Positions 19,629-29,371 are shown, counted from the stretch's first letter. The stretch is DNA of 64,000 nt from an uncultured Atopobium sp. (GCA_937935155.1 CALGXY010000105.1:3500-67499); one strand, 5' to 3'. Notes: generated from the letters alone by a model not told the origin. Made by a program: numbers and translations.

Positions 19629-20813
19629 TTATTTCTTACCTGAGCCGCCCTTGCCGCCGCCACCATTTCCAGATGAGCTGCCGCCATTTCCTGAAGAGCT
19701 ACCACCATTACCAGAACCAGAAGTAGGCGTTACTAGCTTATAGCCGCCCTTACCATCTGGCTGCCAAGGGAACTCTGCCTTTGGTGGATACTCATATTTA
19801 GCCCAATCATCCTCACGGTGATTAAGGAGGGCAAACTTAAGAGTAAATCCAGGAGCATCAATACTGAGAAGCTTTTTATTTTCCGCAGTAGTGTATAGAA
19901 CAGACTTAGATATCTGTTCAGTTTCTGAAAAGCCTTGAGCAAGAATGGGGAAAGAAAGACCATCTGCCGAAGGCTCTTCTGCAACAATCTGAATAGGAGA
20001 AACGTTACCGTCTGGATAGAACAGTGCAGCAGATCCATCCTTATGAGCGGAGAAGGTATACGCTCCGCCAGAACCCTTATTCATAGACTCAATCTGATCA
20101 CTGGTCAAATCTTCTTTAGAACCATCTGCATAGTGCAAGCCAAAGAGATAATACGTACCAGGAATGGTGGCAGCAAAATTGATTACCTGTCCTTCAATAT
20201 AAGCTATCTGTGAAGTATCGTCTGGATTGTCAGAAAGTTTTTTGAAATTAAACGTAATCTCACTCTTGGCATCACTGTACTTCAGATAGTTGTTGTCGTC
20301 CTTATCAAAAAGCATTGGCACACTATCGCCATCATCATACGTACATTGAATGGCAATAGTTCCTTTTGCTTCCCACTTACCATCATTCTTCACACCTTTA
20401 AAATTATGCATGAAGAAAGTGCCGTCTTCTTTGAATGAATAGTAAAGAACGGTTCCATCGTTATAGCCCTGATTAAGCATGCCACCATGGTCAAAGGTTT
20501 TGCCTTCCTTTGATCCACCTTTAGTTCCAACGCCATTGTCAACACACCAGACGCCAGTAATAATCTTAGAAAAATCTCCGGTTAGCGTTGGATGGTCTGG
20601 AATCTCTTCAAGCTTCACAAAATCTGACTGAGAAGGTGCATCACCAGTACCGCCTTGACCGCCATTCTGAGGATCTTGACCAGCTCCACCAAGAATAGAA
20701 TCAGGGTTTAAGATTGCCTGCATCACGTCACTATTACAAGCAGCAAGCGTGCTGGCAGCACCGCCTGCAGCCAATCCAGCAAAAGCGCGACGAGTAATCA
20801 TCTCTTTATTCAT
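19629..20813 (-). CDS. Hypothetical lipoprotein with twin-arginine-like signal and Gly/Ser-rich tail
   Basis: TRRAFAG...LAAC lipobox; two probable beta-rich domains; GSSSGNGG repeats. Confidence 0.8.
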   Translation of the reverse strand: MNKEMITRRAFAGLAAGGAASTLAACNSDVMQAILNPDSILGGAGQDPQNGGQGGTGDAPSQSDFVKLEEIPDHPTLTGDFSKIITGVWCVDNGVGTKGGSKEGKTFDHGGMLNQGYNDGTVLYYSFKEDGTFFMHNFKGVKNDGKWEAKGTIAIQCTYDDGDSVPMLFDKDDNNYLKYSDAKSEITFNFKKLSDNPDDTSQIAYIEGQVINFAATIPGTYYLFGLHYADGSKEDLTSDQIESMNKGSGGAYTFSAHKDGSAALFYPDGNVSPIQIVAEEPSADGLSFPILAQGFSETEQISKSVLYTTAENKKLLSIDAPGFTLKFALLNHREDDWAKYEYPPKAEFPWQPDGKGGYKLVTPTSGSGNGGSSSGNGGSSSGNGGGGKGGSGKK

Positions 20814-20912
20814 ACGTTCCTCCTATAAACGTATAAAAGGCTCAACTTTTTATATTCTACTTGAAACGAGTCAAATGTTACAAATTAAGCTGCATTCGAC
20901 TTATGTATCATC

Positions 20913-21911
20913 CTACTTTGTATGAGGAAGATGAGAGGTAATCAACGTCATAGTGCCCGTAAAGCGCAGGCTACCAGAAGACGCAGGTGCAATAAAATGC
21001 GAGCCCTTGCAAATCCTATGCTCTACTCCGTTGCCGCCGTCAGCGCAAACCGTACCTTCTCCCTCAATGACACTTATGCACATAAACGGCCATGGCTGAG
21101 CAATAGTTTTTGCCTCATGAATCTCATATTTTTCTACCGAGAAATACTTGCAGCTCATAAGTTCAGTTTTGCCATCAATTTCTGGAGCAATAATTTCTCC
21201 AGATGTTGGAGCTTCCTGAGCGTAATCAATAACCTCTAAGCTCTGTGCCAGATGTAAATCACGAGGCTTGCCATCGTCTCCCAAACGATCATAGTCATAC
21301 ACACGGTACGTAATATCGGAGCTCTGCTGAGTTTCAAGAATAAGCGTGCCCGTTCTAATGGCGTGAACGGTTCCAGGATCAATCCTAAAGAAATCTCCAG
21401 CCTTGATAGGAACGTAATTGAGCAGTTCAGACCACTTTCCCTGCTCAACCATGGCTGCAAACTCTTCTTTTGAGGAGGCATTTTGTCCTACAACAATATC
21501 GCCATTCTCTTTTGCATCAAGAATATACCAGCACTCAGACTTTCCCAGAGAGCCATTCTCGTGTTCTGCTGCGTACGTGTCATCTGGATGAACCTGAACA
21601 GAGAGGTCATCTTTTGCATCAAGAATTTTAATGAGAAGTGGGAAACGGTCTCCCTCTGCATTACCAAAAAGCTCTCGATGAGAAACCCATAGCTCGGAAA
21701 GAGTGTTTCCTTCAAAGGCACCAGAGGCAACTTCACAGTCTCCGTTAGGATGTGCGCTGATTGCCCAGCACTCTCCTACTGCACCTTCAGGAATGTCATA
21801 GCCATACTCTTCAGCAAGCCTTCTGCCGCCCCAAATCTTATTGTGAAAAAGAGGTTTTAAAAAGATAAGATTGTTATATGACCTGTCTGTGTTTTTATCT
21901 AAATCTAGCAT
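20913..21911 (-). CDS. manA: Mannose-6-phosphate isomerase, class I
   Basis: KIWGG, FPLLIKILDA, LSVQVHPDD, KSECWY, ETQQSSDITYRVYDY. Confidence 0.95.
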   Translation of the reverse strand: MLDLDKNTDRSYNNLIFLKPLFHNKIWGGRRLAEEYGYDIPEGAVGECWAISAHPNGDCEVASGAFEGNTLSELWVSHRELFGNAEGDRFPLLIKILDAKDDLSVQVHPDDTYAAEHENGSLGKSECWYILDAKENGDIVVGQNASSKEEFAAMVEQGKWSELLNYVPIKAGDFFRIDPGTVHAIRTGTLILETQQSSDITYRVYDYDRLGDDGKPRDLHLAQSLEVIDYAQEAPTSGEIIAPEIDGKTELMSCKYFSVEKYEIHEAKTIAQPWPFMCISVIEGEGTVCADGGNGVEHRICKGSHFIAPASSGSLRFTGTMTLITSHLPHTK

Positions 21912-22032
21912 CGTAGCTCCTTATATGCAGTGCATATATGCTTTTCTAATAGCTAACAACTCTATAGTCTAACGGATTCTAATAGCTTAACACTGACTCA
22001 TTTAGCTGCTATTGACTGGGTTTCTCGCTAAC

Positions 22033-22063
22033 AAAAAAGGCTCAGCTAAAAAGCTGAGCCTTT
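22033..22063 (-). terminator. Intrinsic terminator downstream of lipoprotein gene
   Basis: AAAGGCTCAGCT/AGCTGAGCCTTT stem with T-run on the minus strand. Confidence 0.85.
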
Positions 22064-22086
22064 GCAGTCAACGAACTAAGTGAAAC

Positions 22087-22701
22087 TTAGAACATAACGT
22101 TGAAGGAATCCATGCTGTAGTCAGAACCATAAAGAGCAAGGATGGTACCACGAACAGTTGCGGATGGATCCATCTTTACACCTGGGTCAAAGAATGCAAA
22201 GCCCTTGGTAGTTGCGTTAGGAGCTGCGTTAACAAACAAGCTCAGCTCATCCTTGCCAATAGCGGTGTCGGTGGTCTGAATGAAGATGTTGGTATCGGTC
22301 TTGTTAACAACCTCAACCAGATAGCCGTTGGAGTTCTCAAAGTCAACACCAATGCCGGTAACGGTAACGGTAATCTTATCGGTGTCGATAAGAACCTCAG
22401 TCTTATCGCCAGTCTTCTTAATATCATCAACGTACTTCTGAACGTTGGTAACCTGCTCTGAAGTGTTGTGCTTATCCATCAGAGTGTTATAGAGGTCCTT
22501 AGAGTCAGAGTCACCAGCACGAGTATCTGAAGGCTTGGTTGCGGTATTTGCATCAGGTGCAGTCTGCTGTTGCTGCTGTTGCTGCTGACCACCGCCAGTA
22601 GTGGTTCCTGGATCAGCAAGATTTGGAATAAGATTGCAGCCAGCAAGTGCAAGAACGGCAGAAGCGGATGCTGCTACGAGGCCGAGCTTATTGAACTTCA
22701 T
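22087..22701 (-). CDS. Hypothetical lipoprotein with poly-Gln linker
   Basis: Signal peptide ending LAGC; Q8 tract; C-terminal Ig-like beta domain. Confidence 0.8.
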   Translation of the reverse strand: MKFNKLGLVAASASAVLALAGCNLIPNLADPGTTTGGGQQQQQQQQTAPDANTATKPSDTRAGDSDSKDLYNTLMDKHNTSEQVTNVQKYVDDIKKTGDKTEVLIDTDKITVTVTGIGVDFENSNGYLVEVVNKTDTNIFIQTTDTAIGKDELSLFVNAAPNATTKGFAFFDPGVKMDPSATVRGTILALYGSDYSMDSFNVMF

Positions 22702-22786
22702 AAAGGTCTCCTTCGGGTGATTTATACCTTGTAAGAGGATAACGGAAATAAGTAGATATTGTCAATTTTTATGCATAGATGAACAC

Positions 22787-23407
22787 TTAATGCTCTGCAA
22801 CTAAAGCCTTGATGCCACCTTGCGTAAACATTACTGCTGAATTTATGTGACCGTCAGCCTCTTCACGAGTCTCATCATTTTTAAGAATATTGACAATGGT
22901 GGTCATTTCAGTTTGAGCAAGCCAGGTAATAATAAACTCATCATAGGGTTTAACCTGTGCAACGTTAGGATAAAGAATAGCTCTGATGGTTGCAGAGATA
23001 ACCTCGGTCAACTCTTCAAAGAAATAGGCAACATATGGGTTTTCTCGATTATTCACAAGAATCTGCGCCACGTACCTATTGCCGTACAGAAGGTCCAAGA
23101 ATTTCTCGAGCGTTTCTTTATCACCCAAAGGAGTGTCTTCAAGATTTCTTTCGCCAGAGACCAGCAGATGATCTTTGTAATCCTCAAGAATCTGAATTGC
23201 GCCTTCAGTGACAGGAATCAAAACATTCTTAAAGAGGTCCTCTTTGTTATCAAAGAAGAAATAAAGAGCGCCCGTGGTAACGCCTGCATGTGCACAAATC
23301 TGTCGAAGTGAAGCTTTATCGTATCCCTGTAAAGCAAACTCTTGCTCTGCGGATTTAAGAAGCTTGTGACGTGTGTCACAACTTTCTGTTTGTGGTCGCC
23401 TCGACAT
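22787..23407 (-). CDS. TetR/AcrR family transcriptional regulator
   Basis: ASLRQICAHAGVTTGALYFFFDNKEDLF HTH. Confidence 0.93.
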   Translation of the reverse strand: MSRRPQTESCDTRHKLLKSAEQEFALQGYDKASLRQICAHAGVTTGALYFFFDNKEDLFKNVLIPVTEGAIQILEDYKDHLLVSGERNLEDTPLGDKETLEKFLDLLYGNRYVAQILVNNRENPYVAYFFEELTEVISATIRAILYPNVAQVKPYDEFIITWLAQTEMTTIVNILKNDETREEADGHINSAVMFTQGGIKALVAEH

Positions 23408-23607
23408 TGCTGCCGCTCCTTTATAAATGTTTTAAATCCCCTTGTAATAAGGAGATTCCCCCAAATCAATACTATCTTGTTTTAAGAGGAACATATAACA
23501 GAAAGTTAACTAATTATGCAGAAATCTATAATCGTTACATAACAACTTTTGTGATATTTACTTAATTCTTTGATATTGATTAGACGAGAAACACGTCAGA
23601 AGCATAA

Positions 23608-23640
23608 TAAAACCCTGCTATGTTACATAACAGGGTTTTA
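23608..23640 (-). terminator. Intrinsic terminator
   Basis: TAAAACCCTG...CAGGGTTTTA stem just past the stop of the 23651 ORF. Confidence 0.7.
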
Positions 23641-23650
23641 AGACATACCG

Positions 23651-23899
23651 TTAACCCAAATTATCCTTACGCTTAATAAATTCTCCGCAGATATATGACT
23701 TCCTTAGATACTCGCGATTAAACGGATCTTTGACGGGAACAAAATCCTCTGGAGACTTAGCAAAGTGCATGGCAAAAAGCTCATGGATATGTGGATCAGC
23801 CAGCAAATAGCCGCGCGAGCAGTACGCCTGATACATCTGGGCGTCCTCGTTAAATTTGAACGAGCTAAAAGCGCAGTCTGAACAGTGTAGTCCAGCCAT
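23651..23899 (-). CDS. Small Cys-rich hypothetical protein
   Basis: AGGAG RBS before MAGLHCSDC; CxxC...C...C pattern; terminator follows. Confidence 0.65.
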   Translation of the reverse strand: MAGLHCSDCAFSSFKFNEDAQMYQAYCSRGYLLADPHIHELFAMHFAKSPEDFVPVKDPFNREYLRKSYICGEFIKRKDNLG

Positions 23900-24008
23900 C
23901 TTGCACATCTCCTACTCTTCAGATAGCCCCATGCAATCTGAACAACGCTGAATCATACGCGTATACAGCAAGTATGGCATTGAAAACAATAAAAATAGTC
24001 AAAAATAC

Positions 24009-24428
24009 TTATTCGACGCCAAGAATTTCCGGGAGCGTGTAATCTGAACCGTTCCCCGAGGAAACAACAGGTTGAAGGTATTCTCTATTGTCATTTCCGT
24101 CATGCATAACAGTAGGATTTGGAAGATTAACACCCTCGGATAAATTCTTCTTCTGCATCTCTGTAAGCTCCACGCCAGCATCAACAAGATCTTTAAGATG
24201 CTCAACCCAGAGTTGATCAAGACTTAAGGAGAAAAAGTCAGCGATAACCTTTGCTTTATCAAATGAAGGCCACTTACGGCGCTCGGTGCAAATATAAGAG
24301 ACATACGCACGTGACCAATGTGAGAATTCGCACAGGTCTACCTGGCGCTTGCCACTTTCTTGTAACAACCTTGCTACTGTCCTACCCAAACCTGGGTCGG
24401 TCTTTTTGGTAACACCTGCCTTAGCCAT
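24009..24428 (-). CDS. XRE/Cro-like helix-turn-helix protein
   Basis: RQVDLCEFSHWSRAYVSYICT...PSFDKAKVIADFFSLSLDQL; start reset to MAKA. Confidence 0.8.
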   Translation of the reverse strand: MAKAGVTKKTDPGLGRTVARLLQESGKRQVDLCEFSHWSRAYVSYICTERRKWPSFDKAKVIADFFSLSLDQLWVEHLKDLVDAGVELTEMQKKNLSEGVNLPNPTVMHDGNDNREYLQPVVSSGNGSDYTLPEILGVE

Positions 24429-24862
24429 CTCACAGCCCCATCTGCTCAAACGATGTCTGAAAAACACGCGTATGTTTTATGCATAGTCCCGTGTTGTTAC
24501 CGTATCATACTACACTAAAATATCTTCAGATACAATTTGTTATGTTGTTTTACAAGCGGAAATTTGAAGAAAATTGCATACCCGTTACGTAAATAAATCA
24601 TAAGTGACTCTGTCGTCTGTGATTAATTGGCTATACAAAAGATATGCAAAAATCAATTGCACTATGCAAAATAATGTATCAGCGATTTTATGCAATAACA
24701 AAGAGCCTCTACGCCATCTGGCTTTTAAGATTTTGGATGATCCATGCAGCTGGTTTCTGGCACGTATAAAACCACAGGAAAATAGCTTAGTAGCTGTATA
24801 TTTACTTTTAAATACTTGAAATAATGGGTATATCAGAAGCAGAGCTTCTTGCTCTTAAAGGT

Positions 24863-25015
24863 TGCCATGAGGCAGGGCGACATGTGTGCGACCACGTTAA
24901 TAGTCGTCCTGCCTCCATGGCATACGTTGCCTCGCATAACGAGAGATCTGAACAGTCGGGGCCATTCAGTAATGAAATTGAGTGTTGGGGGTACTCAATC
25001 TCTCAACGCAACGTG
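24863..25015 (+). ncRNA. Candidate structured non-coding RNA, family not recognised
   Basis: 19-bp stem 24863-24881/24903-24922; stem 24923-24930/25008-25015 enclosing several hairpins; the non-Watson-Crick pairs are G-U on the plus strand. Confidence 0.6.
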
Positions 25016-25095
25016 TAAACTATTGATAGCAGAAAAAACTTTTTATATATTCGGGAATTAGAAGAATTTTTAAATTCATATAACACTTCCCGATT

Positions 25096-25584
25096 TTAGC
25101 GTAAAAATAGCGCAAGTGCCACACCAAATCCAAGAAATGGCGCAAAAGGAAATGTATACATAAATATACTATCTGAACTGGTAATTTCTTCTTTATTTCT
25201 GTCTTCTCTCTTTAAAAATTTACGCCAAATAAAGAACAGAAAGGAAAACATAACACCTAAAATATTTGCTAAAAATAAAAAGACAAATGTCTCTTTTATT
25301 TCAAGATAAAGGCATGTTGAGAGAATTAGTTTAATATCTCCCCCTCCCAGAGAAGACATATGACCTATAAATTTTGTAACTATACCTACGGTAACCAGTA
25401 CACATATAACAAAGAGCTCACTCCATAATGCATTCATCAGTAACTCAGTGCGCTTTTCATTTGCCACAAGCCAAATAGGCCATAAAAAAGCGAGCAAAAT
25501 AGGGATTCTATTTGGAATAGTGCGATTTCGCATATCCGATATTGAAGCCCAGATATACATGACAAAAATAACTAACTCTCTCAT
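25096..25584 (-). CDS. Prepilin peptidase, A24 family
   Basis: SDMRNRTIPN and GGGDIKL aspartate motifs, FPFAPFL; GAGGAGG RBS; very AT-rich. Confidence 0.9.
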   Translation of the reverse strand: MRELVIFVMYIWASISDMRNRTIPNRIPILLAFLWPIWLVANEKRTELLMNALWSELFVICVLVTVGIVTKFIGHMSSLGGGDIKLILSTCLYLEIKETFVFLFLANILGVMFSFLFFIWRKFLKREDRNKEEITSSDSIFMYTFPFAPFLGFGVALALFLR

Positions 25585-25801
25585 AGACACCTCCTCAGTC
25601 AACCTTAGCAGCATGAACAAGAATCAACTTTCTACACAGGTGCCGTTATTTAACTTATTGATGTAACAAGCTGAACATTCAACGTTCTTCTCGCCGCCCT
25701 TGGTTTTAGAGAGCCTTTTTGATCCTTCGAGATTTACTTGCGACAAAAATCGGAAAGCCGTGAATGGTACACTTAGCACTCAGTTTCTAGAAAGGTTTTT
25801 C

Positions 25802-26242
25802 ATGCCAAGTTCTTCATATAAATCAAAACAAATGATTGTTATTCGTCGCGATCTTAAGATGCGAAAAGGTAAAATTGCCGCTCAGGCAAGCCATGCATGT
25901 GTTGAAGCCACGCTGATGGCACTTGCAAAAGAGCGTCGACTTGATCAGGTTCGTGTTACCGATGATCAGAATTGGGTCTATTTGGACCATGCTGACGAAG
26001 ATACCTCTGCAATCACTAACTGGTTTGATGCTGGCGTTGCAAAAGTATGTGTCTATGTTGATTCTGAAGAAGCGTTGCTTGAGCTTGCTGTCGAGGGAAA
26101 AGCTCGTGGTTTTGTCGTGGCCCTTATTAGGGACGCGGGCTTTACCGAGTTCCATGGAGAACCAACATTTACCTGCCTGGCATTTGAGCCACTGGCTGCA
26201 GAAGATATTGATCCGTTAACGGGCGAGCTGCCTTTATACTAG
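25802..26242 (+). CDS. pth2: Peptidyl-tRNA hydrolase, Pth2 family
   Basis: KQMIVIRRDLKMRKGKIAAQASHA, IRDAGFTEF, IDPLTGELPLY. Confidence 0.93.
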   Translation: MPSSSYKSKQMIVIRRDLKMRKGKIAAQASHACVEATLMALAKERRLDQVRVTDDQNWVYLDHADEDTSAITNWFDAGVAKVCVYVDSEEALLELAVEGKARGFVVALIRDAGFTEFHGEPTFTCLAFEPLAAEDIDPLTGELPLY

Positions 26243-26320
26243 GCGCTCTACCTTTGTACTAGGCAATCTGCCTCTGTACTAGAAAGCTGCCTCTGTACTA
26301 GTGAGTTATCTCTGTACTAG
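26228..26320 (+). repeat. Five tandem copies (19-20 bp period) of the pth2 3' end, consensus CTGCCTCTGTACTAG
   Basis: Copies start at 26228, 26248, 26268, 26287 and 26306. Confidence 0.9.
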
Positions 26321-26329
26321 CGAGAATAC

Positions 26330-26779
26330 CTACATCAAGAAGGTGTGGCTCATAACCTCGTCAAAGATAGTGGTAACTACAAACATACCAATTGAGGCAT
26401 AAAGGATTGCTGCCTGCCAAGAAAGGTGATTGGTCTCGATTTTTGAAATACGAGGATCAAGCTTTCCTTCTTTAAGGCTGATGGGGTCATCAATATCGCG
26501 CGTAAAGCCCATCTGACGGTCCTCGTACTCTTTTCCGCTAAAGAGCAGACCAACGCCGCAAGCAATAATTCCCAAAGAAGAAATGACGTACATAACACGG
26601 CGCACCCAGTCGATGCCCGTAAACATATCCATACCGCTGGTAAAGTACGCAAATGAAAAGATAACAGCACTCATTCCAGCTGCTGTAAGACAACCATAAC
26701 CAAATGCACGCAAGGCACTCAGTGCCAGCTCTTTGAACTTCTCGCCACGAGAAGGTGTTTGTGAAAACTTGCTATCCAT
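26330..26779 (-). CDS. Hypothetical membrane protein (3 TM)
   Basis: Three hydrophobic segments; AGGAG RBS. Confidence 0.75.
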   Translation of the reverse strand: MDSKFSQTPSRGEKFKELALSALRAFGYGCLTAAGMSAVIFSFAYFTSGMDMFTGIDWVRRVMYVISSLGIIACGVGLLFSGKEYEDRQMGFTRDIDDPISLKEGKLDPRISKIETNHLSWQAAILYASIGMFVVTTIFDEVMSHTFLM

Positions 26780-26883
26780 ACACAACTCCTTGGTTGTTTA
26801 TTTGTTTTCTGTATAGCTTATAGCGTATAGGAAGTCTGCGCTTGATGATACAATTTCTACAGTAAATCTTGGCAGGAGGACGC

Positions 26884-28365
26884 ATGCGTATCGGCTTTGA
26901 TAACGAGAAGTACATCACTATGCAGGCGGATCGAATCCACCAGCGTATCAGTGAATTTGGCGGCAAGCTCTACCTTGAGTTTGGCGGTAAACTGCTCGAC
27001 GACAACCACGCTTCTCGCATCCTCCCTGGATTTGCTCCAGATGCAAAAGCTCAGATGCTTCAGCAGCTTGCTCACGAGGCAGAGGTTGTCTTTGCCATCA
27101 ACGCAAACGACATTGAAAACGGCAAGCGCAGAAGCGATATTGGTGTTACCTATGCCGATGACGTGCTCAGGCTTATGGACATCTTCCGTGCTCGTGGTCT
27201 TGCCATTGGCGGCGTTGTCATTACGCAGTACTCTGGTCAGCCAAAGGCAAAGGCCTATCGTGCGCGCCTAGAAAACATGGGCATTGCCGTGTACCGCCAC
27301 TACCCCATTGAGGGCTACCCCTCCAATATTGACCTGATCGTCTCCGCGGAGGGCTACGGTAAAAACGAGTACGTAAAGACTACGCATCCTCTGGTAGTTG
27401 TAACAGCACCTGGTCCTGGCTCAGGCAAGCTTGCTGTCTGCCTCTCGCAGCTCTACAACGAGAACGCCCGTGGAGTCCGCGCAGGTTATGCAAAGTTTGA
27501 GACCTTCCCCGTTTGGAACCTTCCGCTCAAGCACCCCGTAAACGTTGCCTACGAGGCAGCTACAGCAGACTTGGGCGACAACAACATCATCGATCCATAT
27601 CACCTTGAGGCTCACGGCAAGGTTACCGTTAACTACAACCGCGACGTTGAGGCTTTTCCTGTGCTCAAGGCCATGATGGAGAAAATCGCAGGTACCAGCC
27701 CGTATCAGTCTCCAACCGATATGGGTGTCAATATGGTTGGCAACTGCATTATTGATGATGAGGTTTGCCAGGAAGCTTCCAAGGCAGAGATTGTACGCAG
27801 GTGGTTTAGGGCTGCCGAGAAACTCGAGCGTACGGGTATGGGTGAGCGTGAACTCACAAAGATTAATCTCTTGATGAAAGACGTTAACGTTGACCAGAAC
27901 TTCTCGCCAGCTCATGCAGCTTGTTTGCATAAAGCAGAAGAGACAGGAAAGCTTGCGGGCGCTATGGTTATGCCTGACGGCACCATTATTACCGGCAAGA
28001 CTTCGGAGCTGTTAGGTGCGCCAGCGTCGCTTTTGCTCAACGCACTCAAATACGTAGTTGGCATTGAGAAGAAGACGTTTATTGTCTCAGATGAGGTCCT
28101 AAGGCCAATTTGCGCACTAAAAGAGAACAACTTTAAGCTGGCTCGCACCAGCCTCTGTGCTGACGAGATGCTTATTGCACTCTCTATCAGCTCAATTACC
28201 AACCCATTGGCCGGAAAAGCCGTTGATGCCACGCAACTACTCCGTGGATGCGACGCGTATTTCTCGTCAATTATTCCAAGCGATGACGAGTCCATCTATC
28301 ACAAGCTGGGCATTAACGTGTGTTGCGAGCCAATTTTTGAACAAGGACAATTCTTTCACCAGTGA
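26884..28365 (+). CDS. DUF1846 / UPF0371 family protein
   Basis: IGFDNEKY, KLYLEFGGKL, TAPGPGSGK, GYAKFETFP, SPTDMGVNM. Confidence 0.92.
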   Translation: MRIGFDNEKYITMQADRIHQRISEFGGKLYLEFGGKLLDDNHASRILPGFAPDAKAQMLQQLAHEAEVVFAINANDIENGKRRSDIGVTYADDVLRLMDIFRARGLAIGGVVITQYSGQPKAKAYRARLENMGIAVYRHYPIEGYPSNIDLIVSAEGYGKNEYVKTTHPLVVVTAPGPGSGKLAVCLSQLYNENARGVRAGYAKFETFPVWNLPLKHPVNVAYEAATADLGDNNIIDPYHLEAHGKVTVNYNRDVEAFPVLKAMMEKIAGTSPYQSPTDMGVNMVGNCIIDDEVCQEASKAEIVRRWFRAAEKLERTGMGERELTKINLLMKDVNVDQNFSPAHAACLHKAEETGKLAGAMVMPDGTIITGKTSELLGAPASLLLNALKYVVGIEKKTFIVSDEVLRPICALKENNFKLARTSLCADEMLIALSISSITNPLAGKAVDATQLLRGCDAYFSSIIPSDDESIYHKLGINVCCEPIFEQGQFFHQ

Positions 28366-29324
28366 TTTTTAAGAGCTCACATAAAAGTAAGAAAACGAGA
28401 AACTCTACGACTCGTTCTAAAACTAAACATACACCTGCTTCTGCAAACGCTTCAAAACGTAAGCAGCGGGCGATGCATACACTTGAGCAAAATTCCCAGA
28501 ACAATCCTGTTGTCAAATGGGGACTCATTACGCTGGCCATTGTATTTGTGCTGGCATTGTTGCAATCGTGCCAGGGACTTTTCTCCCTCTCTTTTGACAA
28601 CAATCTGATCATCAAAAACGAGGTCCCCTATGAGTGGGAAAACCTTAGCTACGACGCAACGGGACGTGCGCATTATGTGGTGGACGGAGAAGAACTCACT
28701 CGCACGGGCGTTGACGTCTCTTCTCACCAGGGGTTTATTGACTGGGAGGCCGTTGCTGCCGATAACATTCAGTTTGCCATGCTTCGCATTGGCTACCGCG
28801 GCTCCACCGAGGGTAGTATACACGCGGATGAGCTGTTTGAGACCAACCTAAAGGGTGCGCAAAGCGCTGGTCTTGATGTAGGTGTGTACTTCTTCTCGCA
28901 GGCTATTAACGTGGAAGAAGCTCGCGAGGAGGCTGCTTTTGTTCTGCAGCAGTTACGGGAAGCAGGAGTTACAAAGCTTGCTCTCCCTGTTGCGTTTGAC
29001 CTGGAGCCTTCTCCCGATTACAGCGGCCGCGCAGATAACCTTTCCCCTGCAGAAACTAACGCTATTGCGCGCGCGTTTTGCACCACTATTCAAGAAGCGG
29101 GATACCGCGTTATTGTGTATGGCAACAAAGTTGATTTGAATCGCTTTGACCTGGTCTCGCTTGACGAGCCTATTTGGCTGGCACAATACGTTGATCAGCC
29201 AGACGTAAACTTTAACTTTTTGATATGGCAATACACCTCAACAGGACAAGTTGACGGTATTACCGGTTCAGTTGATTTGAATTTGGACTTCTCACGCGTC
29301 TCTACAAGCAAGAGCCCAAAATAG
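28362..29324 (+). CDS. Membrane-anchored glycoside hydrolase family 25 (muramidase)
   Basis: GVDVSSHQG, GVYFFSQA, AFDLE, IWQYTSTG, VDLN; N-terminal TM. Confidence 0.93.
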   Translation: MIFKSSHKSKKTRNSTTRSKTKHTPASANASKRKQRAMHTLEQNSQNNPVVKWGLITLAIVFVLALLQSCQGLFSLSFDNNLIIKNEVPYEWENLSYDATGRAHYVVDGEELTRTGVDVSSHQGFIDWEAVAADNIQFAMLRIGYRGSTEGSIHADELFETNLKGAQSAGLDVGVYFFSQAINVEEAREEAAFVLQQLREAGVTKLALPVAFDLEPSPDYSGRADNLSPAETNAIARAFCTTIQEAGYRVIVYGNKVDLNRFDLVSLDEPIWLAQYVDQPDVNFNFLIWQYTSTGQVDGITGSVDLNLDFSRVSTSKSPK

Positions 29325-29371
29325 AGCTTACACGCCAGCCACAAATGCTAAACGCGTCGCAGCCCGTAAGG

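Noticed and set aside
23651..23980. In-frame TAG (23912-23914) read-through joining two CSDC-containing peptides
   Set aside because: The TAG is part of the AGGAG RBS of the downstream ORF; no recoding evidence, so coincidence is more likely.
24824..25061. 64-70 aa ORFs over the structured element
   Set aside because: No RBS or recognisable motif; base-pairing explains the region better.
22787..25680. Prophage or integrative element in the AT-rich region
   Set aside because: No integrase, transposase, phage structural genes or flanking att repeats found.
26228..26320. Possible mini-CRISPR array
   Set aside because: 15-bp units with 4-5 bp spacers, derived from the pth2 3' end; no cas genes.
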